64,000 nucleotides of DNA from an uncultured Pseudomonadales bacterium (GCA_964457085.1 CAYWDM010000003.1:64218-128217), one strand, 5' to 3'. Positions 1 through 9,349 are shown, counted from the first letter of the stretch. Notes: generated from the sequence alone by a model not told the origin. Program-made: numbers and translations.

Positions 1-195
1 TCTCCAACAATAGAAAGACCTTCTTGTACTTGATCTAGATAATCGTCAAATACGTTTTCTAATTTTTAATATCTCTCAGGAGTAAGATCATTGAAAGCTA
101 GTAGGGTGGATTCTGGTGTGACCATTTCTAAATTGTACACTACACTTTTCAAGGAAAAAAATAACAGACTTGGTGAGATATGGGCACATTTGACC

Positions 196-783
196 CTACA
201 AAACTCCAGATAACAGTAGCTCATTGGTTAATTCAGGATATGCATTCGCAACAAATGCCTTAGCTTTGTTTCTGACAGGTCGATCATCTAGCCCCAACTT
301 TTGTGCTAATTTTAAGATCTCTGTTTGAGCCTCTGCTTGCGATTTGTCACCTGCATATTCGATCTCACAAACGCTATATCCAAAATCAGTTAGGTCGATA
401 TCAATTGTGAACGGAGCATCCTTGAACGTATGGCGAGTGGTTACCATGGCAATAATTGGCTGAAGGTTATTCGTGATCCAGACTTCGAGTGTTTGTTCTT
501 CCGGCACTCCTAGAAATTGCTTAATCTGTTTTTCTCCAGATAGCTCATCGTAGATTTCTAGTTGTTGTCCACGATTTTTAGGTTTTCGGTGTTTAAGCTC
601 AAAAGCATCATTTCGTTGTCTCAGCCAGGTATCATTTTTCAACAAAGAAAAATCAGCAGTGTCAAAATATATCTCATTTAAGGTTTTGGTAGTAGAAAGT
701 GAAAAGATAGCTTGAATGGTTGCTATTTGGTCAATGGAGAAGGGAAACTGTTGTTCGATTTCTAACATGGGTAAATTATACAT
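196..783 (-). CDS. CYTH-domain protein (class IV adenylate cyclase / triphosphatase-like)
   Basis: 195 aa ORF; N-terminal LEIEQQF (ExExK-like) and later EIEYAGD acidic motifs typical of CYTH fold; no database check. Confidence 0.45.
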   Translation of the reverse strand: MYNLPMLEIEQQFPFSIDQIATIQAIFSLSTTKTLNEIYFDTADFSLLKNDTWLRQRNDAFELKHRKPKNRGQQLEIYDELSGEKQIKQFLGVPEEQTLEVWITNNLQPIIAMVTTRHTFKDAPFTIDIDLTDFGYSVCEIEYAGDKSQAEAQTEILKLAQKLGLDDRPVRNKAKAFVANAYPELTNELLLSGVL

Positions 784-832
784 TCCAGGTACTTCTCTTT
801 GAGTTTCTCAACTAACATGTTAGATTTGATAT

Positions 833-1357
833 ATGTTCGAAAAATGGCACATGGAAGAGGAAATACGCGAAGTTCCAGCACTAGAAAAGCTGGATCCCAG
901 AGTTCCAGATGAGGGAGTGGCGGTTGTTGATGGTAAGGTATTTGTTGATGGGGGCTGTTGGTATTTGGAGTTGGGTGCTGTTTTGGCGGGAATCAAAATG
1001 AATGAGGAGGCGATTGAACGCGGCGAAAAAGTTGAATATCATCAGGGATTTTTGGCAAAGTTAATTGAGGCACGAGAGATAATGTTGGATATATTGAGCC
1101 GGGTTGGAGATGACACTACAGAATTAAAACTTGCGGAGGCAGAGACTGCTGATGCATTTGTGCCTTTATCAGTGGATTTGATAGATAAAGGTAAAGCTCT
1201 TATCGACGGTAAAATTATTGTGAACTTTGATCGACTATTTCGAGAAATTGAAAGGCTCCAATCTGAGTTGACTGCCACTCCTCGTGATCTTCAAAAACAA
1301 GCCTTGCTTGAAGCATATCTAAAAGCAAAACGACTAATGATTCAAAGCATTCGGTAA
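833..1357 (+). CDS. hypothetical protein
   Basis: 174 aa ORF, divergent from CYTH gene; no recognisable motif. Confidence 0.4.
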   Translation: MFEKWHMEEEIREVPALEKLDPRVPDEGVAVVDGKVFVDGGCWYLELGAVLAGIKMNEEAIERGEKVEYHQGFLAKLIEAREIMLDILSRVGDDTTELKLAEAETADAFVPLSVDLIDKGKALIDGKIIVNFDRLFREIERLQSELTATPRDLQKQALLEAYLKAKRLMIQSIR

Positions 1358-1379
1358 ACATTTTATAGTCATCTCACAC

Positions 1380-1856
1380 TCAAGTTACAGGGATACCTTG
1401 ACTAATTCTCTCTAAAGTCAGTTCAGCCAAAAATAGACGTTTATATGCCATCATAAACTTGTGTAGGTTGGACGATCCAGATTTTTTCAGTGCCTCAGCC
1501 AATATTTTTTGATTTGATGCCTCAGTATGTAAGGCTCTGAGTTGTATATACAATGCGATTTCTGCTTCAGTTAATAGGATTTTAGCAAATTGAGCTATTT
1601 CATTTGCATCTATAACTGACAATTCTGTTACAAAAATATGTTTATATGCCATCATAAAAGCAGTCAGTTCAGCAGAATCAGTTTGTCTAAGTGATTCAGC
1701 TAAAATTTGCTGGTCTGATTGACCATTGAGTGGCTCTCTGAGTTGTCGATATCGCTCTTTTTGTAGGGGAGAAAGTGTAATACCGCTAAACCTTGACATC
1801 ATTTCAGCTTGTAGACCGGAAGTATCATAAATCTGATTTACCATTGTCCACAGCAT
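1380..1856 (-). CDS. hypothetical protein with internal tandem duplication
   Basis: 158 aa; two ~45-aa repeats (QQILAESLRQ..FMMAYKHIFVTEL / QKILAEALKK..FMMAYKRLFLAEL). Confidence 0.45.
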   Translation of the reverse strand: MLWTMVNQIYDTSGLQAEMMSRFSGITLSPLQKERYRQLREPLNGQSDQQILAESLRQTDSAELTAFMMAYKHIFVTELSVIDANEIAQFAKILLTEAEIALYIQLRALHTEASNQKILAEALKKSGSSNLHKFMMAYKRLFLAELTLERISQGIPVT

Positions 1857-2211
1857 AACAGTGTTCTGGTTATTAGCTATGGTTAGTGAGAAATTTATTC
1901 ATGAATACAGAGAGCTATCTAAGCATTTTTTGTCTTTGATCCATTATTGATACAAGGTTTCAGCTCAAAATAGTTGCCATCATATCCCATAACTTTAAAT
2001 ATTTGTGTTATTTTGATATAATTCGAGTGTTGTCGTAGTTAATCGTCGTGCTTGCACTGACAGGATTGGCTACAATAGCTGTATTTCTCTTGCACATTCA
2101 CAAATTGATTGTTTGACAGTAAACAGGGTGGTTTGAAGATATTTTTGTCTTTGGATCACCCTGTTTACACACTCCTGAAAAGGGGTGGACAGGCTTTAGA
2201 TTATAGGAGAT

Positions 2212-2613
2212 GTGATGTCAAGGAAAAACGGTCCACAGAAATGGGAAGTGAGGGGTGGCGTCTTATATATTGATGGCGCCAATACGCAGTCTGCTGCCAA
2301 TTGGACAATGTCCATGTTGGAGCGATCACTCTCGCAATTGAAAGAGGGCATTGTCCAATCTGGACATGCCATCATCATTGAAGCAATATACATTGAAAAA
2401 TATGTTGCCGAGTCCCTTTTTGCTGAAGGGACATTGACCGAAACCATGCTGAGCAATGCTGAGATTTTCGACGGCATTACTTTCATGGCGAGATTGGGTG
2501 GGGACCTCACACAGGTTTCTATTCAAAATACAACTCATAGCGGATCGTTCGATTTTATTATCAGCGGTCATCCAACCGGTAAGGTTCGGGTTCAGGCAGG
2601 TGAAAAAATCTAA
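2212..2613 (+). CDS. hypothetical protein
   Basis: 133 aa ORF preceded by AGGAG RBS (2197-2201) and followed by a strong intrinsic terminator. Confidence 0.5.
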   Translation: MMSRKNGPQKWEVRGGVLYIDGANTQSAANWTMSMLERSLSQLKEGIVQSGHAIIIEAIYIEKYVAESLFAEGTLTETMLSNAEIFDGITFMARLGGDLTQVSIQNTTHSGSFDFIISGHPTGKVRVQAGEKI

Positions 2614-2638
2614 ACCAAATAATCGTGCTGCAAGAGAA

Positions 2639-2671
2639 AGCCCCGTTCATTTTTATGTACGGGGCTTTTTC
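2639..2671 (+). terminator. rho-independent terminator
   Basis: 8-bp GC-rich stem agccccgt/acggggct with 12-nt loop followed by TTTTT. Confidence 0.7.
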
Positions 2672-2757
2672 GTGGCAAATATGTGTGAGCTAGCATAGCA
2701 GCATGTGTGCAAATGAAATTACAGTGCTTTTATTAAAAATGGCTTATACTTTGTGTA

Positions 2758-3378
2758 ATGCAAATCATTGATCTTACTCACACATTTATTGATAACATGC
2801 CGGTGTATCCTGGAGATCCAGCAGTGACACTCAAATCAGTTGCTGAGTTGGCCACCTCAGGATACAACGATCATGAGTTAAAAAGTTTTATGCATGTTGG
2901 TACTCATATGGATGCACCACTACACATGATTGCTGATGGTAAGCATATGGACGAGATCGCTTTAGAGCGGTTTATGGGGCAGGGAGTACTGTTGGATGTG
3001 CGAGGTAGACAAAAAATAGATGCTACCGCTTTCGATGGTGTGAGCGTAAAACCAGATTCAATTGTGCTGCTCTATACCGGTTTTGAGTCAAAATATCATA
3101 GTGATAGTTATTATGATAATTATCCTGCAGTGACTGAAGATTTCGCCCAGAAAGCAGTTGACCTACAGGTAAAAATAGTTGGTATGGATATCTTAGGACC
3201 AGATCAACCACCATTTCCAACTCATAAAATTTTATTGGGAAATGAGGTGTTGATTATTGAAAATCTTTGCAATCTGCACATGCTTCTTGGTGTTCCAAAA
3301 TTTGAAGTCATGGCTTTACCCATGAAGTTGCATGCCGACGCTGCTCCAGTTAGAGTCATGGCAATTGTGAAAATGTAA
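2758..3378 (+). CDS. putative cyclase family protein (kynurenine formamidase-like)
   Basis: 206 aa; HVGTHMDAPLH metal-binding motif characteristic of PF04199 cyclase family. Confidence 0.65.
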   Translation: MQIIDLTHTFIDNMPVYPGDPAVTLKSVAELATSGYNDHELKSFMHVGTHMDAPLHMIADGKHMDEIALERFMGQGVLLDVRGRQKIDATAFDGVSVKPDSIVLLYTGFESKYHSDSYYDNYPAVTEDFAQKAVDLQVKIVGMDILGPDQPPFPTHKILLGNEVLIIENLCNLHMLLGVPKFEVMALPMKLHADAAPVRVMAIVKM

Positions 3379-3423
3379 TTTTATTGACAGCTTTTCGTGA
3401 TTTAAAATGACATACTGTCAGAT

Positions 3424-3777
3424 ATGCTCAATTTAAACTCCGTAATGCTTGGTACCAGTCAACCAAAAGTAATGGCTGCTTTCTACGAAAAGGTATTTGG
3501 TAGTAAGCCAGGTATGTCAGAAGGTGAGTGGAGTGGCTGGCAAGTTGGTAACAGTTTTTTTTCCATTGGTAAACATAGTGAGATTACTGGAACCGCAAAA
3601 GAACCACAGCGTATTTTGTTTAATTTTGAAACCAAAGAGGTTAAAGAAGAATTTGAGAGAATTAAAGCTGCCGGAGCTACAGTTATTAAAGGTCCATACG
3701 AAATGGGTGGTGGCTGGATTGCCACTTTCGCCGACCCCGATGGCAATTACTTTCAGTTGGTGACTCCTTGGGAGTAA
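3424..3777 (+). CDS. VOC/glyoxalase-bleomycin resistance family protein
   Basis: 117 aa; two-module beta-alpha-beta fold pattern, C-terminal ATFADPDGNYFQLV typical of VOC superfamily. Confidence 0.55.
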   Translation: MLNLNSVMLGTSQPKVMAAFYEKVFGSKPGMSEGEWSGWQVGNSFFSIGKHSEITGTAKEPQRILFNFETKEVKEEFERIKAAGATVIKGPYEMGGGWIATFADPDGNYFQLVTPWE

Positions 3778-3840
3778 ATAGAGTTATCCAGTTTGTAGTT
3801 ATCTATTGATATGACATGTTGACTGATACAATGTTGTCAT

Positions 3841-4233
3841 ATGTCGTTTTCTAAATATAGAATTCTCATTTTTTCTGAAAATCCAGACAAGTTGGTGACG
3901 TTTTATACAGATTTTTTTGGGTTTACACTGCTCGAAAAATTGGATATTCCCGGCGATTATGGATACATGCTCAATGTAGTTGGAGATTTAAATGTTTGGC
4001 TTGGCCAACACTCAGAAATAAAAGGAAAAGCCAAAGAAAGTTTCCGTCATTTATTCAATTTATACCCTGAAGAAGGTGTGGAGTATTGGTATCAAAAAGC
4101 TAAAAATAATTCAGACGCAACAATAGTTGCCAAACCATTTTTGGCACCATTTTCAACACCAGAAAACCAAGTGTGGTTTTGCACGATTCTTGATCCTGAA
4201 GGGAATAGTTGGCAGTTTGTGGGTAAGAAATAG
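3841..4233 (+). CDS. VOC/glyoxalase family protein (paralog of upstream gene)
   Basis: 130 aa; FCTILDPEGNSWQFV C-terminus parallels upstream VOC protein; tandem paralogs. Confidence 0.55.
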   Translation: MSFSKYRILIFSENPDKLVTFYTDFFGFTLLEKLDIPGDYGYMLNVVGDLNVWLGQHSEIKGKAKESFRHLFNLYPEEGVEYWYQKAKNNSDATIVAKPFLAPFSTPENQVWFCTILDPEGNSWQFVGKK

Positions 4234-4290
4234 CTGATGCTAGTTTGCTTTCATATTAGTCATCACAGTTGGCTATAATTCGAGTTCGTA

Positions 4291-5448
4291 GTGAAAAATC
4301 CAAAACTAACTCTATTCTTTATCTCTCAGTCACTTGCCTGCACGTATTTCTGGTTAGTGTTGGCCATCCCATACTTGCTCTATCGAGGGCTATCTTCTGC
4401 GGAAGCTTTTTCGTTGATGGCAATCTATCAGTTTTTTGGAGTGATTTTGGAGTATCCCACAGGTGTGATTGGTGATCGGTACGGGTACCGTCGAGTGATG
4501 TATCTGGCAAATGCATTAATGTTTGTCTCGATGGTAGTAATGACATTGAATGGGGGGTATTACCTGTATTTGTTTGCACTGTTGTTGCTTGCCATTGGGA
4601 ATGGTTTTTCATCGGGAAATGATATGGGAGTGCTCAAAGCGGTGTCAAATGATATAAAAAAAGACACTGCAAATTACAACGCATTGATGGATTTTGTACT
4701 GTTTTTTAGCTCAGTAGTTGGCGGTTTAATCGGCAAGATTAGTTACGAATTAGCCCTGATAATTAGTGGTATCTGTATGTTTGCCGCAAACATACCACTG
4801 TACTTGCTAAAAGACGGCATCAATCAAAAAAGAAATGCCAACTCATTAATCTCGATAGTTAGAGATGGATTTGGTTCACTCAAAAACTCATTTTTTAGAC
4901 AACTTTTCCTGGTGGTAGCAATTTTTGGCGGGTACTCATTTGTGATTAAGAGTGTTTTTGGCAGTTTTGGCAGTTTATTTAATATAGATCTGGTTACTAT
5001 CGGTGTGATTATTGGGCTTGGGGGACTCACTCGCTCAATCGGTGGAAAATTGTATGCTGAGTATCCTGGTTTCAATATTATTTTGGCACTGATCCTAACT
5101 GGTTTTTCAATTGTGTTGATGGGAGCATTTCCCAGTTATTTTGTGGTGGTTGGGCTAATGACCTTTAACCAACTACTCATTGGATATTGTGGTTCAAAGA
5201 TTGATGGGGACATTCATGATTTTGCTAGTGACCATGTCAGGGCCAGTTTGTTTTCGCTGAAAAGATTGACAATGCGATTGGTGGCATCTGGTTATTTAGT
5301 TTTGTACGGCATTGCCATTGGTGCCGATCAATTTTCACTGATTATGTACGCCACTGGCTGTGCATTATTGTTGGTGGTGGTTGTAGCGTGGAACTATTTG
5401 TCATTGAGTAAAATGGCAGTAACTAAAAATCAACTTGAATTACAATAA
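4291..5448 (+). CDS. MFS transporter
   Basis: 385 aa, ~12 hydrophobic segments; GDRYGYRRV loop motif (MFS motif A-like) between TM2-TM3; GTG start. Confidence 0.65.
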   Translation: MKNPKLTLFFISQSLACTYFWLVLAIPYLLYRGLSSAEAFSLMAIYQFFGVILEYPTGVIGDRYGYRRVMYLANALMFVSMVVMTLNGGYYLYLFALLLLAIGNGFSSGNDMGVLKAVSNDIKKDTANYNALMDFVLFFSSVVGGLIGKISYELALIISGICMFAANIPLYLLKDGINQKRNANSLISIVRDGFGSLKNSFFRQLFLVVAIFGGYSFVIKSVFGSFGSLFNIDLVTIGVIIGLGGLTRSIGGKLYAEYPGFNIILALILTGFSIVLMGAFPSYFVVVGLMTFNQLLIGYCGSKIDGDIHDFASDHVRASLFSLKRLTMRLVASGYLVLYGIAIGADQFSLIMYATGCALLLVVVVAWNYLSLSKMAVTKNQLELQ

Positions 5449-5452
5449 GTGT

Positions 5453-6316
5453 ATGGAAAAAATTAAAGCAGTGGTGTTGGACATTGATGGGGTGATTGTG
5501 GGTGAAAAAATTGGTTTTAATTCACCCGATCCACACCAAGATGTTGTCGTTGCACTGGAGCATATCCAGAATTCTGGCATTCCCATTATTCTGTGCACCG
5601 CCAAGCCAAACTTTGCTATCAAAAAAATAATTGTGGATGCACATTTAGACAATTTCCATATTACAGATGGCGGCGGAGTTTTGATTGATCCACTCAACCA
5701 AAAAGTGTTGCAGTCTCATGTCATTTCGCCAAAAATTGTTACAAAAATTGTAGAAAAGTTGCTTGAAAATGATGTCTACACTGAACTCTATACGACCAGT
5801 GAATATGTAGTTCAGTCATCACAGGTGTGTGATATCACCAATGGTCATGAGCATGTGCTACAAACACCTGTACGGCAAGTTGTGTCGTTATTGGCAGAAA
5901 TTGACAAGTTGAACTGTACTAAAATCATGCCTGTAGCTCGTGATCTGGATCATAAAAAAATTGTAGACTCGCTATTACAGCAGTTTATTCCAGATGTAGT
6001 AATTAGCTGGGGAGTCCATCCGGTCATTTTGCCATTACAGTTTGGAATTGTAACTGCTCCGGGAATTAGCAAGTCAGTTGCAGCTTCAGAAATAATCAGG
6101 ACACTCAAAATTGAGATGAAAAATGTCTTGGGGGTTGGCGACAGTGCTAGTGATTGGCAGTTTATTGAACCCTGTGGGTTTGGTGTGGCAATGGGCAATG
6201 CCCAACCAGAGCTAAAAGAGCTCGTACAGTCGAAAGGTGATGCTGGATACATTGCACCATCTGTTGATGAAAATGGTGTGCTTCTAGCATTTAGGCATTT
6301 CGAGTTGATTAGCTGA
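5453..6316 (+). CDS. HAD-superfamily hydrolase, Cof-like (HAD-IIB)
   Basis: VVLDIDGV (DxDG motif I), C-terminal GVGDSASD and GNA motifs; start moved to ATG 5453 to avoid overlap with MFS gene. Confidence 0.7.
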   Translation: MEKIKAVVLDIDGVIVGEKIGFNSPDPHQDVVVALEHIQNSGIPIILCTAKPNFAIKKIIVDAHLDNFHITDGGGVLIDPLNQKVLQSHVISPKIVTKIVEKLLENDVYTELYTTSEYVVQSSQVCDITNGHEHVLQTPVRQVVSLLAEIDKLNCTKIMPVARDLDHKKIVDSLLQQFIPDVVISWGVHPVILPLQFGIVTAPGISKSVAASEIIRTLKIEMKNVLGVGDSASDWQFIEPCGFGVAMGNAQPELKELVQSKGDAGYIAPSVDENGVLLAFRHFELIS

Positions 6317-6416
6317 GTTTTTATTTTCAATATCCATAAATGAATGTATTGTTTATGTTGTTGTAATAGTTTGATTGGTTGTTTATCTCCTTAGCTTTTT
6401 ACATTACCATGATGGT

Positions 6417-7802
6417 ATGAACGAAAAATACGAAGCTTCATTTGATACGATGCCAGATCAGTACGGAAAAGTACTTGATGGAATGTTTTATGGACTAGAT
6501 GTGGGTGCCATCAAAGAATTAGTGAAGCTGGTGCGTACGGAGTTGGCTGCTGTTGGATCCAAGATTGAAAAGACACCAGACATGTCTCAAGTACTGAAGA
6601 TGATGGATATCTTTTTTCAAAGATTAGCTGCGAGTGAAGATTTGAAAAAAGGCGGTTTGAAAATGTTGCTGCCAAAATTAGTTTTTAAAGCAATCGATAT
6701 GGTTGTCGAGGCATCAGACCCAGCATTTGCGAAAGAATATTCTATTCAACTGACTAATGCTTTAGAAACTCACGATGCGGTAGCTGCTGCAAAAGTATTT
6801 GTGCGAATTGTTAGCTCAAGTGCCTATGTGCGTGAGGAGAAAGACTTTGGTTTATCTGCAAAAGTTGGCAAGCTGCTCGCAGACTCATTTGAGTCTAGTT
6901 CAATTGCCGACCTAATTACCAGAAAAGGCGAAGTCAAACAGCTGGGCAATTGGACCATGTCTGAGGAACTGGCACTGCAATCTGCAAATGGTATTCAGAT
7001 ACCACAACCTATTGGTGAAAAAATAATAAAAGTATATATCCAGACAGAACCACCAGAATTAGCTGGGGTATATGAGCAAGTCGCTGTTGATAAAGCAGTT
7101 GGAGCTGAGAGACAAACAGCATGCCCACAATGTGGAGGCGTTGCATCTAAAAACCCTTATCGCCAAACCTGTGAGAATTGTGGCACAAGATATGATCAGG
7201 AAACACTCACTCGTGTTATTTCGGAAAGAGTGCATAAACTGAAGCGAAAAGCTGAACCACCACGGGTTGATGAAGCACCAGTTAGAAGCGAGCCAACACC
7301 GCAGAAAAAAACTGAAGTCAAATCAGGTACAGATTTTGAGGTTGATGACATCAGTGATTTGGAGGTGAGCGCAGGTCCTTACCGTAATATTACAATCAGT
7401 AATGGTAGTGAAATTACATTCAATCATACCAGGGCTACAGGTGATGTAGACATATCGGGTGTTAGTGATATTGATGGAGATCTTACGGTGAGTAGTGATT
7501 CAAACATTGCTATTGATGATGCGAATGATTGTAATTTTTCGATTACCAGAGTTACAGAGAGCGACACAGCAGCCACTGGAAATTTGTCTATAACCGATGT
7601 CGGGGAGGTCAATTTAAGTAGTACACATAATGAAATTAGCATCGACAATGCTGGAGCAGTATATTTTGATAACGCGATCGCTTTCGGAGATGTGACAATT
7701 AAGGATGCGGGTAAAATTTCAGGCAAGTTGCTTTTTATAGGTAACGGTCAGTTACGGGTAACCGATTGTGGACAACAAAAACTTGAAGTGCGACACCAAT
7801 AA
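6417..7802 (+). CDS. hypothetical protein with zinc ribbon and C-terminal beta-helix-like repeats
   Basis: 461 aa from ATG 6417; CPQCGG..CENCG zinc-ribbon; C-terminal ~130 aa of short alternating G/D/S-I/V repeats (bactofilin/beta-helix-like). Confidence 0.5.
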   Translation: MNEKYEASFDTMPDQYGKVLDGMFYGLDVGAIKELVKLVRTELAAVGSKIEKTPDMSQVLKMMDIFFQRLAASEDLKKGGLKMLLPKLVFKAIDMVVEASDPAFAKEYSIQLTNALETHDAVAAAKVFVRIVSSSAYVREEKDFGLSAKVGKLLADSFESSSIADLITRKGEVKQLGNWTMSEELALQSANGIQIPQPIGEKIIKVYIQTEPPELAGVYEQVAVDKAVGAERQTACPQCGGVASKNPYRQTCENCGTRYDQETLTRVISERVHKLKRKAEPPRVDEAPVRSEPTPQKKTEVKSGTDFEVDDISDLEVSAGPYRNITISNGSEITFNHTRATGDVDISGVSDIDGDLTVSSDSNIAIDDANDCNFSITRVTESDTAATGNLSITDVGEVNLSSTHNEISIDNAGAVYFDNAIAFGDVTIKDAGKISGKLLFIGNGQLRVTDCGQQKLEVRHQ

Positions 7803-7867
7803 GCTTAATATCGGAAGTTTGACGCCGCTGTATTCAAAAGCAAATCTTGATTAGCTTGTGTGAAACT

Positions 7868-8206
7868 ATGTCTACAAAACAAAGCACGGTTGATTTTTTA
7901 CTTGACCAGTTCAATCAGCATACCACGGTGACCTATCGAAAAATGTTTGGTGAATATGCACTCTATTGTCAGGGAAAAGTGGTGGCATTGGTTTGCGAGG
8001 ATCAACTATTTATCAAACCAACTGTAGCGGGGAGAGCATTACTGCAAGAGGTAGATGAACAACCTCCATATCCAGGTGCGAAACTCTATTTTTTAATTTC
8101 TGGTGATGACTGGGATGATGATGAATTGCTGGGACGGTTAATTTTAGCGACTGCCAAAGAACTGCCGTTGCCAAAGCCAAAAAAGAACAAAAAATTTGCG
8201 TTATAA
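7868..8206 (+). CDS. TfoX N-terminal domain protein
   Basis: RKMFGEYALYCQGKVVALVCEDQLFIK matches TfoX/Sxy N-domain core; only N-domain present (112 aa). Confidence 0.55.
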   Translation: MSTKQSTVDFLLDQFNQHTTVTYRKMFGEYALYCQGKVVALVCEDQLFIKPTVAGRALLQEVDEQPPYPGAKLYFLISGDDWDDDELLGRLILATAKELPLPKPKKNKKFAL

Positions 8207-8242
8207 TGCTCGCTACGTTTGGTAGTTGTTATTAGAAAGCGT

Positions 8243-9349
8243 ATGTCGAGCAAAAAAAGTAATCTCATTTTCTTACATGGATTGTCAGGTGCTGGAAAGG
8301 GAGAACTACAGAGAATCATTACCGCACAATATCTGGGGCATGAATATGAGGTAGTGGCTGTTTCTAGTGGTGAATTATTTCGTGAGGCCAAAAATGACCC
8401 TGAAATCGCGGCCCAAATGCAGGCGGGCAAATTCCCGCTAACATTGGCATTGATTATTCCTGGACTAAAGTCCAAGTATCGTGAATTTTTACAGTTACAC
8501 AAGGCAAAAGAGGGCAAAGCCATCATGATCCTGGATGGCACTATTCGTAGAGCGATATTTGAATCAGGAGGTGAATCAATCCCATCTCAAATTGATCAGA
8601 TGGCAGTGGCTTTTTATGAGGTGCGTCAGGAAGAAGGCTATTTAACTGAAACCATGCCGCTGCAAATTGCTCAAGAAATTCGCGATTCAAAGCATATTTT
8701 AGTTGACGTTATGCCGGAAGATGCTGAGTTGCAGATGAGAAAGCGTGTTGAAAAAGAAATTCTGCAGGTGCAACGTCAATTGGCTGAACATGATTTTCCC
8801 GCAGCACTAGCACCACAAATCATTGAGTTTTTACCAGAATTGATCGCTGCAATCCAAGAGGTAGTTGATACTGAAGTCACCGATGCAAATTACACTGAAC
8901 TCAAACGACATTTTGTCGAGCTACGAGGTACTTTATTTGCCCTAGCTGAACTGACTCTAGCTCCTTCTTTACTTGAATTAATGCAAAAGATGGATCTGAT
9001 TGCTGAGCTACGAGATGATGATATTTTGGCTGAAACGCGCAGAAAGCGAATTGAGAATTTGTTGGTTAAAAAAGACGGCCGATATGAACCAGGATTTGCA
9101 GCTACTGCTCTAGAAGAAGTCGGTATTTATTACGATGTGGAGCTACAACGATTTATGACCAGTGAGGGAAGAGATAATTGTGTAGTTATCGAAAACGGAT
9201 ACAGTCGTGGAGTTGATTTCGAGTTGTTTAAATCGAGATGTACCGAGCTGTCAATGAATTTAGTTGCTGTGGATGATGAAGGTCGATTGTCTGAGCGGCC
9301 AAGTGGTGAGTCAACAGCACATAGGCGACTTGGTGGAATCGAGACTTAG
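8243..9349 (+). CDS. P-loop NMP-kinase-like protein with long C-terminal extension
   Basis: GLSGAGKGE Walker-A and ILDGTIRR (adenylate-kinase LDGFPR-like) motif in first 120 aa; ~220 aa helical C-terminal extension of unknown function. Confidence 0.5.
   Translation: MSSKKSNLIFLHGLSGAGKGELQRIITAQYLGHEYEVVAVSSGELFREAKNDPEIAAQMQAGKFPLTLALIIPGLKSKYREFLQLHKAKEGKAIMILDGTIRRAIFESGGESIPSQIDQMAVAFYEVRQEEGYLTETMPLQIAQEIRDSKHILVDVMPEDAELQMRKRVEKEILQVQRQLAEHDFPAALAPQIIEFLPELIAAIQEVVDTEVTDANYTELKRHFVELRGTLFALAELTLAPSLLELMQKMDLIAELRDDDILAETRRKRIENLLVKKDGRYEPGFAATALEEVGIYYDVELQRFMTSEGRDNCVVIENGYSRGVDFELFKSRCTELSMNLVAVDDEGRLSERPSGESTAHRRLGGIET

Noticed and set aside
1-195. Possible minus-strand coding remnant at the window start (..KLENVFDDYLDQVQEGLSIVG)
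   Set aside because: The frame is interrupted by a stop 5' of the readable stretch and has no start codon within the window. It is too short to call.
1042-1278. 78-aa minus-strand ORF inside the 833-1357 gene, and many similar antisense/alternate-frame ORFs (e.g. 2196-2510, 2326-2571, 21499-21873, 22185-22562, 23603-23932, 31398-31937, 42873-43169, 53361-54032)
   Set aside because: They lie entirely inside longer ORFs that carry clear motifs or coherent composition. They have low-complexity or Ser/Cys-rich translations typical of shadow ORFs and show no RBS. I treated them as non-coding.
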